IMG/VR virus record: IMGVR_UViG_3300028591_000011
Location: 32,001-96,000 of that record
Length of the DNA: 64,000 nucleotides
Source of the DNA: a virus
Lineage: Duplodnaviria > Caudoviricetes
Strand: one strand, 5' to 3'
Position numbers and translations under genes: made by a program. The notes beneath the pieces are model-generated. The model was not told the origin of the DNA. It made no database searches and saw only the letters and a program-made list of their open reading frames with translations. This document shows, in pieces, positions 39,755-48,624 of the stretch; position 1 is the stretch's first letter, and every line of letters starts with the position of its first letter.

Positions 39755-40721
39755 ATCTTTCTACTGTTTTAGTTAACCATTCTTTTACGGCAAAGAATCC
39801 GTTATCTCGAACAGCATCGGATATGTCCTTTGCCTTAAACTTCTTATGAACGAATATAGCATCTAATTTATATCGTTTACTATATTGCCTAGCATTCTTT
39901 ACTCCAGCTTCATCTCTATCATACAAGATTACGATATGTTTGAATCGTTCTTTAAGGCTTTCTAACACATCATCTGGTATAAATGTAGTTTCACTGGATG
40001 GAGATACAGCACTGAATCCCATTTCATACAAACACATTACATCCTTAAGAGACTTAGTTATAATCAACAGATTACCGAATTCTGGTAGTTGACTATATCC
40101 TTGTATATTAGCATTAGTTAGATTAGTCCTCCATTTAGTATACTTACTGGCTAATGGACGATAAATCTTAAACCTATTGTCTACCTTGTAGGCATACATA
40201 GGATTCTCTTCTTTGTATATTGCACGAACTACGTCGTTACACAAAAAGTATTTAATGCTAAACACATCGAATTTCTTAAGAGTATTCATAGATATATGGA
40301 ACTGTTTCCAGTACCGTTTATCTACTTCTGTAAAAGGTTGTCGTACAATGCCGAAGTTAAGCTCGCTAGAGCCATTTTCAGCCCTTCTGACGGCCTTTTG
40401 TGTCGTCTGACTAGGATTTACCCACTTGACTATTTTTAAGAGCTCACGCTCCAATTCTTCGCGGCTATCAATACCTCTGTATAGCTTAAGAAACTTAATA
40501 GCATTGCCTGCTACTCCAGTACCGTGGTCTTTAAACAACAAAGCACCATCTTTCGTTGGAAATATAGCGAACGATGGCACATTATCATCAGGCCTTAATG
40601 GACTATTTATAAGCTTCTTTGGCTTTATAGCACCTAAGTAATAACTATAGATGTCATAATCGCTTACTTTTTCCAACAAGTCTCTAAGACTCATTGTGAT
40701 AGCTGTTTTTGTACTATACAT
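39747..40721 (-). CDS. DNA primase (DnaG-like, TOPRIM)
   Basis: SPLRPDDNVPSF, FKDHG, ITKSLKDVM, LYDRDEAG, KDISD. Start placed at ATG 40721 (MYSTKTA). Confidence 0.85.
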   Translation of the reverse strand: MYSTKTAITMSLRDLLEKVSDYDIYSYYLGAIKPKKLINSPLRPDDNVPSFAIFPTKDGALLFKDHGTGVAGNAIKFLKLYRGIDSREELERELLKIVKWVNPSQTTQKAVRRAENGSSELNFGIVRQPFTEVDKRYWKQFHISMNTLKKFDVFSIKYFLCNDVVRAIYKEENPMYAYKVDNRFKIYRPLASKYTKWRTNLTNANIQGYSQLPEFGNLLIITKSLKDVMCLYEMGFSAVSPSSETTFIPDDVLESLKERFKHIVILYDRDEAGVKNARQYSKRYKLDAIFVHKKFKAKDISDAVRDNGFFAVKEWLTKTVERYD

Positions 40722-40737
40722 AAGCTTAAGCTTTGTG

Positions 40738-40771
40738 TGGACAGTACGGGATTCGAACCCGTTAACTGTCC
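40738..40771 (-). ncRNA. tRNA minihelix-like element (acceptor stem + T arm only)
   Basis: GGACAGT-TA-ACGGG-TTCGAAT-CCCGT-ACTGTCC-A: perfect 7-bp and 5-bp stems with a canonical T loop; no D or anticodon arm. Confidence 0.65.
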
Positions 40772-40782
40772 TTAACATTGTC

Positions 40783-40920
40783 TTACTGACTCTGTTTTTG
40801 TCTTTCGCGTTCATACTCTCGTATATAACGCCTCGCTTGAACTTTTTCTCGTCCTCCGCGATTCCAGTACCAGTCCATCCAATACTCAGATGTTCCTGGT
40901 TTAAGTTTCTTTTCTTCCAT
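40783..40920 (-). CDS. Small basic protein, 45 aa
   Basis: MEEKKLKPGTSEYWMDWYWNRGGREKVQARRYIREYERERQKQSQ*; lies between two tRNA-like elements and has an A-rich leader. Confidence 0.6.
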   Translation of the reverse strand: MEEKKLKPGTSEYWMDWYWNRGGREKVQARRYIREYERERQKQSQ

Positions 40921-40944
40921 TCTTTATCGTTATGTTAAATTATG

Positions 40945-41000
40945 TGGATGGGACGGGAATCGAACCCGCTTAGACTCTTGTTTACCAATACCACCCTACC
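40945..41000 (-). ncRNA. Degenerate tRNA-like element lacking an anticodon arm
   Basis: GGTAGGG...TGGTA...GCGGG-TTCGATT-CCCGT-CCCATCC-A: canonical T arm; acceptor stem pairs at 5 of 7 positions. Confidence 0.5.
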
Positions 41001-41070
41001 AGGGCTCTTTTCTGCTCTCGATGTAACCTGCCCATTTGCTACACCAACAAGGGTCAACTTAGTTGACCTC

Positions 41071-41311
41071 CACCACTGACCTTTATTTGCAAAATCGCTA
41101 CCTCCAATAATTTGGATAATGGCTCTCTTAATAGTAGCATTGGCTCCCCACGACGTTGATTCACAACTTAGCAAATTGGTTGTCAGCACCACTGACCTTT
41201 ACTCTCATCCGTGTGACTCTGTTTCATCTGGTTAATGTCTTTCGACCCATTCAACAGCTCCAGAGGTTCTTGAGGTTCTTATGTTTGGTTGTCAACACCA
41301 CTGACCGTTTA
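41071..41311 (-). repeat. Three copies of a GGTCAGTGGTG hairpin motif
   Basis: Plus-strand caccactgacc at 41071, 41187 and 41296. Two copies form GTCAG-TGGTG-YTGAC stem-loops followed by AACCAA. Confidence 0.75.
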
Positions 41312-41359
41312 TTGTTCGAAATTCCAACTTGCTTGCAAATTTGCACGCAAATTTTTCTT

Positions 41360-41965
41360 TCAAAATGGCAGGTCGTCAGCACCTGTAGAGTCTGCAGTCA
41401 CCGGAGCGGCTGTTGTACCGAGCGGATCGTCTTCCTTATCTGGCTGGACGGGACGCTCCAGAAGATCGTTCTTCCAAAGCTTAATCTGAGACTCTTCCAC
41501 ACTCATAGGTTCAACAAAAACACCAAGAGAGCTAACTTTCGTATAACCCTTCTTATCGTAAACAACCTTAAGACGCATCGGTGCAAGATTTGCTAGGTTT
41601 TCAGCATAAGCTTTTGTTAACACATTCTTTACCCAATTAATCATCTCTGCAAAGGACGAACCTTCGAAATCCGGATGACTCCCAGTTGCTGCATCTATAA
41701 CCTGTAGAATACGACCAAACTGCTGATTATCACGATTCTGAAGATCTTCATCAGTCTTAATCCACATATTCTTCTCGTTCTTCCATTCAGTCATAGTTGC
41801 TGTCTGACCCTGTTCATTCTCAAAGATTATCTCTAAGAAATCCCGACCTTGAGATGTCTTGTTTACATTAACTTCTTTCAAAGTCACGTTTTCGTTGATG
41901 CCTACAGGCATGTATGAGCTTGTAAACTCACTATTGTTTATTGTTGCTGTTTTTGTGCTATACAT
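41360..41965 (-). CDS. Single-stranded DNA-binding protein (crAss type)
   Basis: Acidic flexible tail ending GADDLPF; adjacent to a Sak4-like ATPase. Confidence 0.7.
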   Translation of the reverse strand: MYSTKTATINNSEFTSSYMPVGINENVTLKEVNVNKTSQGRDFLEIIFENEQGQTATMTEWKNEKNMWIKTDEDLQNRDNQQFGRILQVIDAATGSHPDFEGSSFAEMINWVKNVLTKAYAENLANLAPMRLKVVYDKKGYTKVSSLGVFVEPMSVEESQIKLWKNDLLERPVQPDKEDDPLGTTAAPVTADSTGADDLPF

Positions 41966-41970
41966 AATTC

Positions 41971-42711
41971 TTAGTCTTTCTTATAAATTCTATCCCAATA
42001 GGTTGTTATAGTTCCATTCTCATCTCCTGTGGCAATGATGATGTCTTTACCTGCAATATGGCGAGCTCTTGCTTCCATAATTGTTCCATCTCCTCCGGAT
42101 TTGAATGAGATATGTGTTTCGTTATCTTTTCGGTACACATATCCAACAGCATCCGCCATTCCGCAAATGATTTTTCCCAATTTTCCGACGAGGTCGATTT
42201 CTTTTGCGTTAATCTCTTCGCCTTCTTTATCGGTGATACTATCTTTGACATGTCCTACTAAAATAAATTCGTCACAAAGTTCTTTAAACATATCAATGAC
42301 CTTTTTAACAGCATCTCTTAGATACTTGTAACCTGCTCCACGGGCGAGTGTAGTAACGTCATTTCCTTTCCAGTTCTTGCCTAATTCGGTTTGCCTGTAA
42401 AGGGTGCACGCGTAACTCATACAAATATCTTCAAGACGTGTAGCATTGTCAATTGTTATGTGTTTATAGAAGTTATGTCCAACCTCCGCATTCTTAGCTC
42501 TAATCGCTTGTGCAATCTCACCGAGATCGTTTATTGTTCGAGCTTGTATTGCCATAGCATCTAAGAATAGAGAACCACCTTCTAAATCAATTATCAGATT
42601 ATTCTCTAACTGTGCTAAGCAACTTGTCTTACCAGATTTTGGCAATCCGTATAAGACTAAATACGTAGGGTTTACAGAAACAGCTTTTACTTTTCCAGTT
42701 GGTAAAGTCAT
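41971..42711 (-). CDS. AAA_24 / Sak4-like ATPase (ssDNA-annealing recombinase family)
   Basis: LYGLPKSGKT, IIDLEGG, ITIDN, GAGY, LVGH, DAVGY. Confidence 0.8.
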   Translation of the reverse strand: MTLPTGKVKAVSVNPTYLVLYGLPKSGKTSCLAQLENNLIIDLEGGSLFLDAMAIQARTINDLGEIAQAIRAKNAEVGHNFYKHITIDNATRLEDICMSYACTLYRQTELGKNWKGNDVTTLARGAGYKYLRDAVKKVIDMFKELCDEFILVGHVKDSITDKEGEEINAKEIDLVGKLGKIICGMADAVGYVYRKDNETHISFKSGGDGTIMEARARHIAGKDIIIATGDENGTITTYWDRIYKKD

Positions 42712-42712
42712 A

Positions 42713-42727
42713 GGCTCTATTAGGCTC
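42713..42727 (-). promoter_or_regulatory. GAGCC-TAATA-GAGCC motif 1 nt upstream of the Sak4-like ATG
   Basis: Minus strand GAGCCTAATAGAGCC-T-ATG; the same motif recurs elsewhere (see findings). Confidence 0.7.
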
Positions 42728-42742
42728 TAAATTGTTTTTTAA

Positions 42743-43219
42743 TTATTTCTTAATGGTAATCTTCAGACTATCCGTATAGATAGTACAAATAGTCTTCTTC
42801 TCCTTCGGAGGAAGGTTGAGGAAGAATGTATCATCCATCAGATTGAAGAAATACATCTTCTCATTGATGTGGATATAGTCGTCAGTGATCGTAATGATCG
42901 TACCATCGCTAAGCTCATACGTCTTATTCTTCTTGAAAGGATAGAAGTAATTCTTCTTGCCATAATTAGCAAGGAAATCAGAAGCCTTCTTAAAGTCCTC
43001 GTCGAAGATAGACGGAGAGTTATACTTCTTACTACCAGTAATGAACGCAGTCGTCAAATCGTCGCTCTTATTGTAGTTCAACCAACTATTCTTCTCGATT
43101 ATATCGTCAAATATAAGATCATCAAGAATCTTAGAATAGTCTGTAGACTTATAAAAGGGGTTATTAAACTTGGTATTACCGTTATTATTGTTGTTCAGAG
43201 TAAAAGTATACTTCTTCAT
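42743..43219 (-). CDS. Hypothetical protein
   Basis: 158-aa ORF, co-oriented with the operon. Confidence 0.75.
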   Translation of the reverse strand: MKKYTFTLNNNNNGNTKFNNPFYKSTDYSKILDDLIFDDIIEKNSWLNYNKSDDLTTAFITGSKKYNSPSIFDEDFKKASDFLANYGKKNYFYPFKKNKTYELSDGTIITITDDYIHINEKMYFFNLMDDTFFLNLPPKEKKTICTIYTDSLKITIKK

Positions 43220-43259
43220 AATTCAGCCTTTCTTTTAAATGTTAATACTATTCATCTGA

Positions 43260-44186
43260 TTAACATTCGACCAAATTGTTATACATTAGTTCGTTTTCGA
43301 ATTCTAAAATACAAGGTTTACCTGCATCTCTATTTTTTAACATGTGCATATATACCTTGTTTCTGACTGGTAAGTGATTTGGTCCGTACTCCTGTATATT
43401 TAACAATTCTGGTCTATGTATTACAAGCACATAATCGCTGGCTTGAAATATAGCATCAGATGAAGACAAGTCACTACGCATTGGATAGTGACTCATCGGA
43501 TTGTTTATCCTTTCAGAAGCTTCGATGTTTCTATTCATCTGTGCAATCTGTATGATCGAAGTAAATGGTAGCTTTTTAAGCTGTATAAACTCTCGTTCCA
43601 ATTCACTTATAGTCTCTATTACAGAGCCTATTTGCTTTGTTAATAAAGCATGATCATATATGATTACAAAATGTTTACCAGTACCTTTAACATACTGATT
43701 ATAAAAACTTCTTATAACTTCACCTACTTGCATGGGAGTCATCGGGTTGTCTACAAAGTAGATTGGATACTCTTTTAGCGAGTTGGAAACAGCAATGACT
43801 TTTCTGAACGTATCGTCATCGAGGCTCGTTTCCGAGCTATACAAAGTCGAAGTCGTTTTCTTGAGCTTATTAGAAAGCGTCCTTCCAACTTGCCTAAATC
43901 CAACCATCTCTAACGAGAAAGTAAGTACAATTATATCTTCTTCAGGATTTAAATCAATCAAATCAGTTTGAACCAAATTAGCCCAACTACTTTTACCACT
44001 ACCGGAAATTCCAGCTATGGTCATAACGGTATTTGGTTCAATACCTCCCATACACTGTGAATTAAACTTCTTCCAACGAGTTTTCAAAGATACAATATTT
44101 TTGTCTCTTCGTCCCTCTATATAGTTTATAGCTTCTTGAGCTACTACAGACATTGGTCTTACTATATTAGATAAGTTCTGTTCCAT
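43260..44186 (-). CDS. Replicative DnaB-like (SF4) helicase
   Basis: AGISGSGKS, FSLEM, IYDH, AQMNR, SDLSSSDAIFQASD, KNRD. No intein. An alternative start exists at 44213. Confidence 0.9.
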   Translation of the reverse strand: MEQNLSNIVRPMSVVAQEAINYIEGRRDKNIVSLKTRWKKFNSQCMGGIEPNTVMTIAGISGSGKSSWANLVQTDLIDLNPEEDIIVLTFSLEMVGFRQVGRTLSNKLKKTTSTLYSSETSLDDDTFRKVIAVSNSLKEYPIYFVDNPMTPMQVGEVIRSFYNQYVKGTGKHFVIIYDHALLTKQIGSVIETISELEREFIQLKKLPFTSIIQIAQMNRNIEASERINNPMSHYPMRSDLSSSDAIFQASDYVLVIHRPELLNIQEYGPNHLPVRNKVYMHMLKNRDAGKPCILEFENELMYNNLVEC

Positions 44187-44733
44187 AGCTGTTATAATTT
44201 TGCTTTGATTCATCTTTCATTTCATCTTCAATAGCTTCCCATTGACTACGTGTTAACCAATTCCACATGGTCATCATATAGCTTAGAGAACCTTCACGCA
44301 TGCGTTTTGATATCTCATAATCGAGACACTTTATCAAATGCTCTGCCATTGCAGAACTCTTGCCGCATTTTGTATTGAAGAAGTGCCGACACTTATTTAC
44401 ATTAGCTCGTAAATAGCTCTTGCTGCCATCACTGCGCATTACATACACAGGGTACATGTCATAAAACAAATCAAAATAATCTTTAGCTGGTGCTATAGCT
44501 TCTTTTAACTGTTCTGTTGGCATATACGTGACAGAATCACCTCTCTCGATCGAGGTGATCAAATTCATGTCGATTAAGCTTGATATTTCGTCATCACCAA
44601 TAAGGCTGATAATCTGGTGGACGTCTTGATATTTGGGTTGATTCTTATCCAATACCAAGCTTAAAAAGAATAGCTGATTTAGATTGATACTTGGAAATTT
44701 ATCCAAGATTTTGGTGTTTACTTCAATAATCAT
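44167..44733 (-). CDS. Putative replication initiator / replisome organiser
   Basis: N-terminal wHTH-like segment, FDLFYDMYP and WNWLTRSQWE. Sits between polB and dnaB; function inferred from position and motif style. Confidence 0.5.
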   Translation of the reverse strand: MIIEVNTKILDKFPSINLNQLFFLSLVLDKNQPKYQDVHQIISLIGDDEISSLIDMNLITSIERGDSVTYMPTEQLKEAIAPAKDYFDLFYDMYPVYVMRSDGSKSYLRANVNKCRHFFNTKCGKSSAMAEHLIKCLDYEISKRMREGSLSYMMTMWNWLTRSQWEAIEDEMKDESKQNYNSYGTELI

Positions 44734-44736
44734 ATA

Positions 44737-44751
44737 GGCTCTATTAGGCTC
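44737..44751 (-). promoter_or_regulatory. GAGCC-TAATA-GAGCC motif 3 nt upstream of ATG
   Basis: Minus strand GAGCCTAATAGAGCC-TAT-ATG. Confidence 0.7.
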
Positions 44752-44758
44752 TAAATTA

Positions 44759-46618
44759 CTAAAATAATTCTAACTGTTGTTCAGCAAAGTCAGCAATTAT
44801 CTTTTTGGCTTCACTGATATAGTAACGATAGTTAATCTTTCGATCTTCTATCGGGCGATCATCAAACTTATTCAGGATTGTTACTCCTGACTTCGTTAAC
44901 ATATTAGACACTTTGTCAACGTCATCTCCATCTTGTTTAAACAGATATGGACCATCTGTACTTGCATAAAATCTATTGATACGTTGTACAGGTTTATCAC
45001 CATGTATAACTTTGAACTTCTTATCTACTGCTTGTGACATTAAGAAATCCCGGATATCTCTATCCTTCTCAATAAATTCTGTCACTGGTATTTTGTGGAC
45101 AAAGTATGCCATGACTGCTTTCGGTATTACTACCGGAGCTAATCCTTTACCAAGTTTTGTCTTAGTAATAAACATACCTTTTTCTTCTATCTCACCATTT
45201 TTCAAGACACCAAAGTAGTCGTTGATGGCATATTGATAGAATGCTTCGTACTCATCTACTTCAAAATTAAGTTGTGTGATTCGTTCCACCTTAGAGATGG
45301 CTTCCTGAATTCCTTCTTTAAAGCTGTTTTTAGCCTTGTAGACAACGCCATCAGTATTGACCTGAATAATTTCACATCCGAGGTCTAAAAGCCTGTCTAC
45401 GAGCATTAAAAGGATTAGTTGACCGTTTATTCTAATCTTAAAAACGTTGAACGGATCATACATCCAACTCACCTCCTGCTGCATTTTTCCGGTAGGAGAA
45501 TTAAGCACGATCTTTAGAAACATATTCTTAATCTTTTGACCAGTACGTTTTGCTTCTACTCGTTCGCCGTAAAGCTCTTCGAATATATCGCAAAATAGTT
45601 TTCCCAAATGACGAGGTCCCCATTGATATTTAATCAGGAATGAGGGATACATGGACGTTACATCAGCATGTCCAATGTGCTCATCATCTCTTGGAAGGAA
45701 TATCTTAGGTGTATGGATAGAATGTATCCCTCCTACTCCTACAGAATATACCACATTCGAGAGAACAAACTTCTTCTCGTAGCTTTTGCGTTCCTTCGAG
45801 TATACTACATGTTTCTTCATATCCTCTAGAACGTCTTGTAACTTTGGATTTTTGTATTTTATAAATGGCAAGATGACGTCCTTCAATGTAATATAATCCA
45901 TTGGCGAACGCCATTCCTTTATAACATTTTTAGGAACACCAGACCTCTTGGAATATTCTTCCAAAAGAAAGGTTTCTGCCATTTTTACGGAGTCCATTGA
46001 TAAACAATCGATTCCGTGTTCTTTTTCAATAAACAATCGTAGTTCTATTTCTCCATTGAGCCTATTTAATAGCTCAGTAGTAGACTCTACGTCATTTACG
46101 TTATATGCAATCATTTCGTCTATATTTTCTTTCGGTAAGAATGCGTTAAAATCCCCGTCGTATTCTTGCACATTCTTATAATGCATTGTTACCTGCATCG
46201 TCTTAAGACCTACTCGTAATTTTCGACTAAACTGCATAGTTAACAAGTCCATAGAGTAGAAGTATTTTGCATACCTCCACTTCTTTAACTTGTCTGCGTT
46301 TCCATCTTCGTCTTCCACTATGCATTTTGATAAATTGTACAAAGATTGTGTTATACGCACATAAGAGTATTGGTTTAACTTATCTTTGTATTCTATCATA
46401 TAATTTACGATAGTATCATCGTAATGCTTGTTATTATATCCACAGAACATTCTGCTTTTATCTAAAAAGAAGTCAACCAGCTTGTCTAACTGGTTGACTC
46501 TTTCTGATATTTCGAACTTGAACATTTCATTCAATTCCGTATCATAACAACAACAATGGAAAACATTAGGAAACACCTCAATGTCAAAGACATTTACTGA
46601 AGCGTTCTTAATAATCAT
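44759..46618 (-). CDS. polB: DNA polymerase family B
   Basis: ExoI FDIE, ExoII GYNNKHYD, ExoIII YNVND; motifs DVTSMYP, KIVLNSPTG, NTDG; C-terminal QLELF clamp-binding-type motif. Stop is TAG followed by TAA. Confidence 0.92.
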   Translation of the reverse strand: MIIKNASVNVFDIEVFPNVFHCCCYDTELNEMFKFEISERVNQLDKLVDFFLDKSRMFCGYNNKHYDDTIVNYMIEYKDKLNQYSYVRITQSLYNLSKCIVEDEDGNADKLKKWRYAKYFYSMDLLTMQFSRKLRVGLKTMQVTMHYKNVQEYDGDFNAFLPKENIDEMIAYNVNDVESTTELLNRLNGEIELRLFIEKEHGIDCLSMDSVKMAETFLLEEYSKRSGVPKNVIKEWRSPMDYITLKDVILPFIKYKNPKLQDVLEDMKKHVVYSKERKSYEKKFVLSNVVYSVGVGGIHSIHTPKIFLPRDDEHIGHADVTSMYPSFLIKYQWGPRHLGKLFCDIFEELYGERVEAKRTGQKIKNMFLKIVLNSPTGKMQQEVSWMYDPFNVFKIRINGQLILLMLVDRLLDLGCEIIQVNTDGVVYKAKNSFKEGIQEAISKVERITQLNFEVDEYEAFYQYAINDYFGVLKNGEIEEKGMFITKTKLGKGLAPVVIPKAVMAYFVHKIPVTEFIEKDRDIRDFLMSQAVDKKFKVIHGDKPVQRINRFYASTDGPYLFKQDGDDVDKVSNMLTKSGVTILNKFDDRPIEDRKINYRYYISEAKKIIADFAEQQLELF

Positions 46619-46619
46619 A

Positions 46620-46633
46620 GGCTCTATAGGCTC
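46620..46633 (-). promoter_or_regulatory. GAGCC-TATA-GAGCC motif 1 nt upstream of the polB ATG
   Basis: Minus strand GAGCCTATAGAGCC-T-ATG. Confidence 0.7.
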
Positions 46634-46642
46634 TTTAGTTAG

Positions 46643-46734
46643 TGAGAGTAGGGAGACTTAAACTCCCTAGATGATCTTACCACGCATAGCAGTCATCATC
46701 CTTTAGGTACAATCCGCAGACTGACATTACTCTC
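46643..46734 (-). ncRNA. tRNA-like element with non-tRNA interior
   Basis: GAGAGTA...GGGAG-TTTAAGT-CTCCC-TACTCTC-A: perfect 7-bp acceptor and 5-bp T stems; internal GATGAT/ATCATC helix instead of D and anticodon arms. Confidence 0.6.
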
Positions 46735-46743
46735 TAAGCAGAC

Positions 46744-47661
46744 CTATGCTGCTTTTGGTAGTATTATCCTACCAGTTTTTCTTTTGTGATCTCTCAAATT
46801 CGTACACACTAAGTTGTTACTCTTTTTGTGTACTTTATTTGTGATCTTTTGGGCTGTTTTTAGTAACTTTGACGTTTCTGGCTTTAGGCTGTTTACCCGA
46901 TGTCCTTCTCCGTCTATATCTTTAATGTTTGCTACTATTTTCTCTTCAAATTTGTGGTCGTCTATTTTGAATCGACCCGTAAGTGGTAACTTGTCATATA
47001 TAGAGATAACGAAATCTCTTATACGTTCGGTTGCCGTCTCTCGCATTTGTTTCCATGGGATAAGATATTCGTTTTCGAACATATCTTGTTGCATTCCGTC
47101 TTCTTTTATCGGACACGGATTCTTTCTTTCCCACTTTGCTAACTTATGCTGTACAAGTTTTTCCCAGTACTCAACCTGGTTCATCTTCTTTTGAGTATAA
47201 TCAGGATATTCTGACTTGTTGTCATACTTTTCTAAAGTTACATACAGTAGCTTATTACCAGCAATCCTTTCAAATACTGGTTTTAATCCACGCTTACGCT
47301 TTCTAAGACTTTTTGTCTGCTTTCCGTCTATAGGTTCCCAACTATGGTCTTGCATGTGGAACCTCATTCCAAGATTGTCAGGTTTATCAGATATACGTAA
47401 ATATCTTCCATGCTGCCTTACTTCAAATGTTCCTCCGTCTGATTTAGGTAAAAATATAGTACCAAACCCTTCCTGTGCATATAGTTTATCTCTAAACTTT
47501 GTCACTTTTATAGGTTCGCTACCTTTATTATACTCAAAATCTACGAGTTCTGCCTTTCCAAACTTACGCTCGTGGTTCTTTTTATCGAACTGCTTAGAAC
47601 GAGCTCTAAGGATCGCTACTTTTCTTCTACGAGCCTTAATACGAATGTTGCTATGTCCCAT
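46744..47661 (-). CDS. Hypothetical basic protein ending in -KAA
   Basis: 305-aa ORF with TAG stop; internal QQDMF resembles a clamp-binding motif. Confidence 0.75.
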   Translation of the reverse strand: MGHSNIRIKARRRKVAILRARSKQFDKKNHERKFGKAELVDFEYNKGSEPIKVTKFRDKLYAQEGFGTIFLPKSDGGTFEVRQHGRYLRISDKPDNLGMRFHMQDHSWEPIDGKQTKSLRKRKRGLKPVFERIAGNKLLYVTLEKYDNKSEYPDYTQKKMNQVEYWEKLVQHKLAKWERKNPCPIKEDGMQQDMFENEYLIPWKQMRETATERIRDFVISIYDKLPLTGRFKIDDHKFEEKIVANIKDIDGEGHRVNSLKPETSKLLKTAQKITNKVHKKSNNLVCTNLRDHKRKTGRIILPKAA

Positions 47662-47686
47662 ATTACTTTATGTATTATGTTAAACA

Positions 47687-48430
47687 TCATGCAGCCTTCT
47701 TAAGTTGGTTAGACTTCTTCTTCTTGATCGCTACTGTCTCTGCTTTTTCACGTTTAGCGGTTATCAGACGGATTTTCTTCTGAAGTTTAGCAAACGCTTT
47801 TCCTCGATTTTTCTTTCGATTCTTTGCCGAATCTTTATTAGCCTTCTTTCTGGCAAGTTTTGCGGCAGCAGCAGCTTTCTTGTGCTCTGCCTTTGTCAGA
47901 GGTTTCTTTGCTTTCTTGGGAGGATCTTTTGCAGGCAAGACGGACGGCTGTTTCTCTGCATACGGATGTATCTTAGTCCCTTCTGGCATAAGCTCTCGTA
48001 TCTTCTTCAAAAGCTCCTGATCTCCCTTTACGTAGAGATGGCTATCTGAAGACATCAACACTTCTATTTTGTTGTTCTTCAGCATTTCCATGATCATCTT
48101 CTTGTTCCCCTTCTGGAACAGTACTAATATCATGTACTTCTTTGGTGCATCAAGCTGTTCGCACAACTTTTCAACTAATTTCTTTACGTGCTCTTCTGGA
48201 ATTCCCATGCGTGCTGCTCTACGCTTCAGTGCAGCTATACGGAATTCACGATATTGCTTCTCTCGAGCTTCACGTCGCTTCTTCTTATCGACTAAGTTCT
48301 TCACTTTGCCTGTTGGCACGTTTGTCTTCTCAACAGTGTTAAGCTTCTTATAAACGAACGGGTGCTTATTTTCTGACTTAGGAGTCTGACCCTTCTGGGC
48401 AGTGTCTACCTTATAATTCTTTCTACTCAT
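47687..48430 (-). CDS. Lys-rich hypothetical protein (possible nucleic-acid binder) ending in -KAA
   Basis: 247 aa with very basic termini; CATTATCAAA-ATG leader. Confidence 0.75.
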   Translation of the reverse strand: MSRKNYKVDTAQKGQTPKSENKHPFVYKKLNTVEKTNVPTGKVKNLVDKKKRREAREKQYREFRIAALKRRAARMGIPEEHVKKLVEKLCEQLDAPKKYMILVLFQKGNKKMIMEMLKNNKIEVLMSSDSHLYVKGDQELLKKIRELMPEGTKIHPYAEKQPSVLPAKDPPKKAKKPLTKAEHKKAAAAAKLARKKANKDSAKNRKKNRGKAFAKLQKKIRLITAKREKAETVAIKKKKSNQLKKAA

Positions 48431-48564
48431 TTTGATAATGTTTTTAGATTGTTAATTACTTGCGGTTCTTACATTTCAACATTCGAACCGCGTTTTCGTA
48501 CTCTCGTTGTTCGTGAATGAGCTGCTTTGCACGCTCTTTCACGAATTTTTCAAAGTTGTCCATG

Positions 48565-48615
48565 TGGTTAGGAGAGGCATCGACCCTCACTAAAAGTCCT
48601 TATTACACTCTAACC
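48565..48615 (-). ncRNA. Degenerate tRNA top-half-like element
   Basis: GGTTAGA...GAGG-GTCGATG-CCTC-T-CCTAACC-A-CA; acceptor stem pairs at 6 of 7 positions. Confidence 0.4.
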
Positions 48616-48624
48616 TGTATATTA

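Noticed and set aside
40722-40814. N-terminal extension of primase given by the ORF track
   Set aside because: It runs through the tRNA minihelix and overlaps the 45-aa ORF. ATG 40721 shares its start cassette with ssb.
40945-41000. Amber-suppressor tRNA (contains TCTAA)
   Set aside because: No anticodon stem surrounds the CTA and the acceptor stem has two mismatches. No credible tRNA-CTA was found in the window.
40935-41192. 85-aa minus-strand ORF
   Set aside because: GTG start lies inside a repeat hairpin and the frame crosses the tRNA-like element; better explained as structured RNA, though not excluded.
41071-41311. CRISPR array
   Set aside because: Three degenerate short repeats with spacers of roughly 85-100 nt do not fit CRISPR geometry.
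43260-46618. Inteins or introns in dnaB and polB
   Set aside because: Lengths and motif spacing are compact, with no intein splice motifs or frame breaks.
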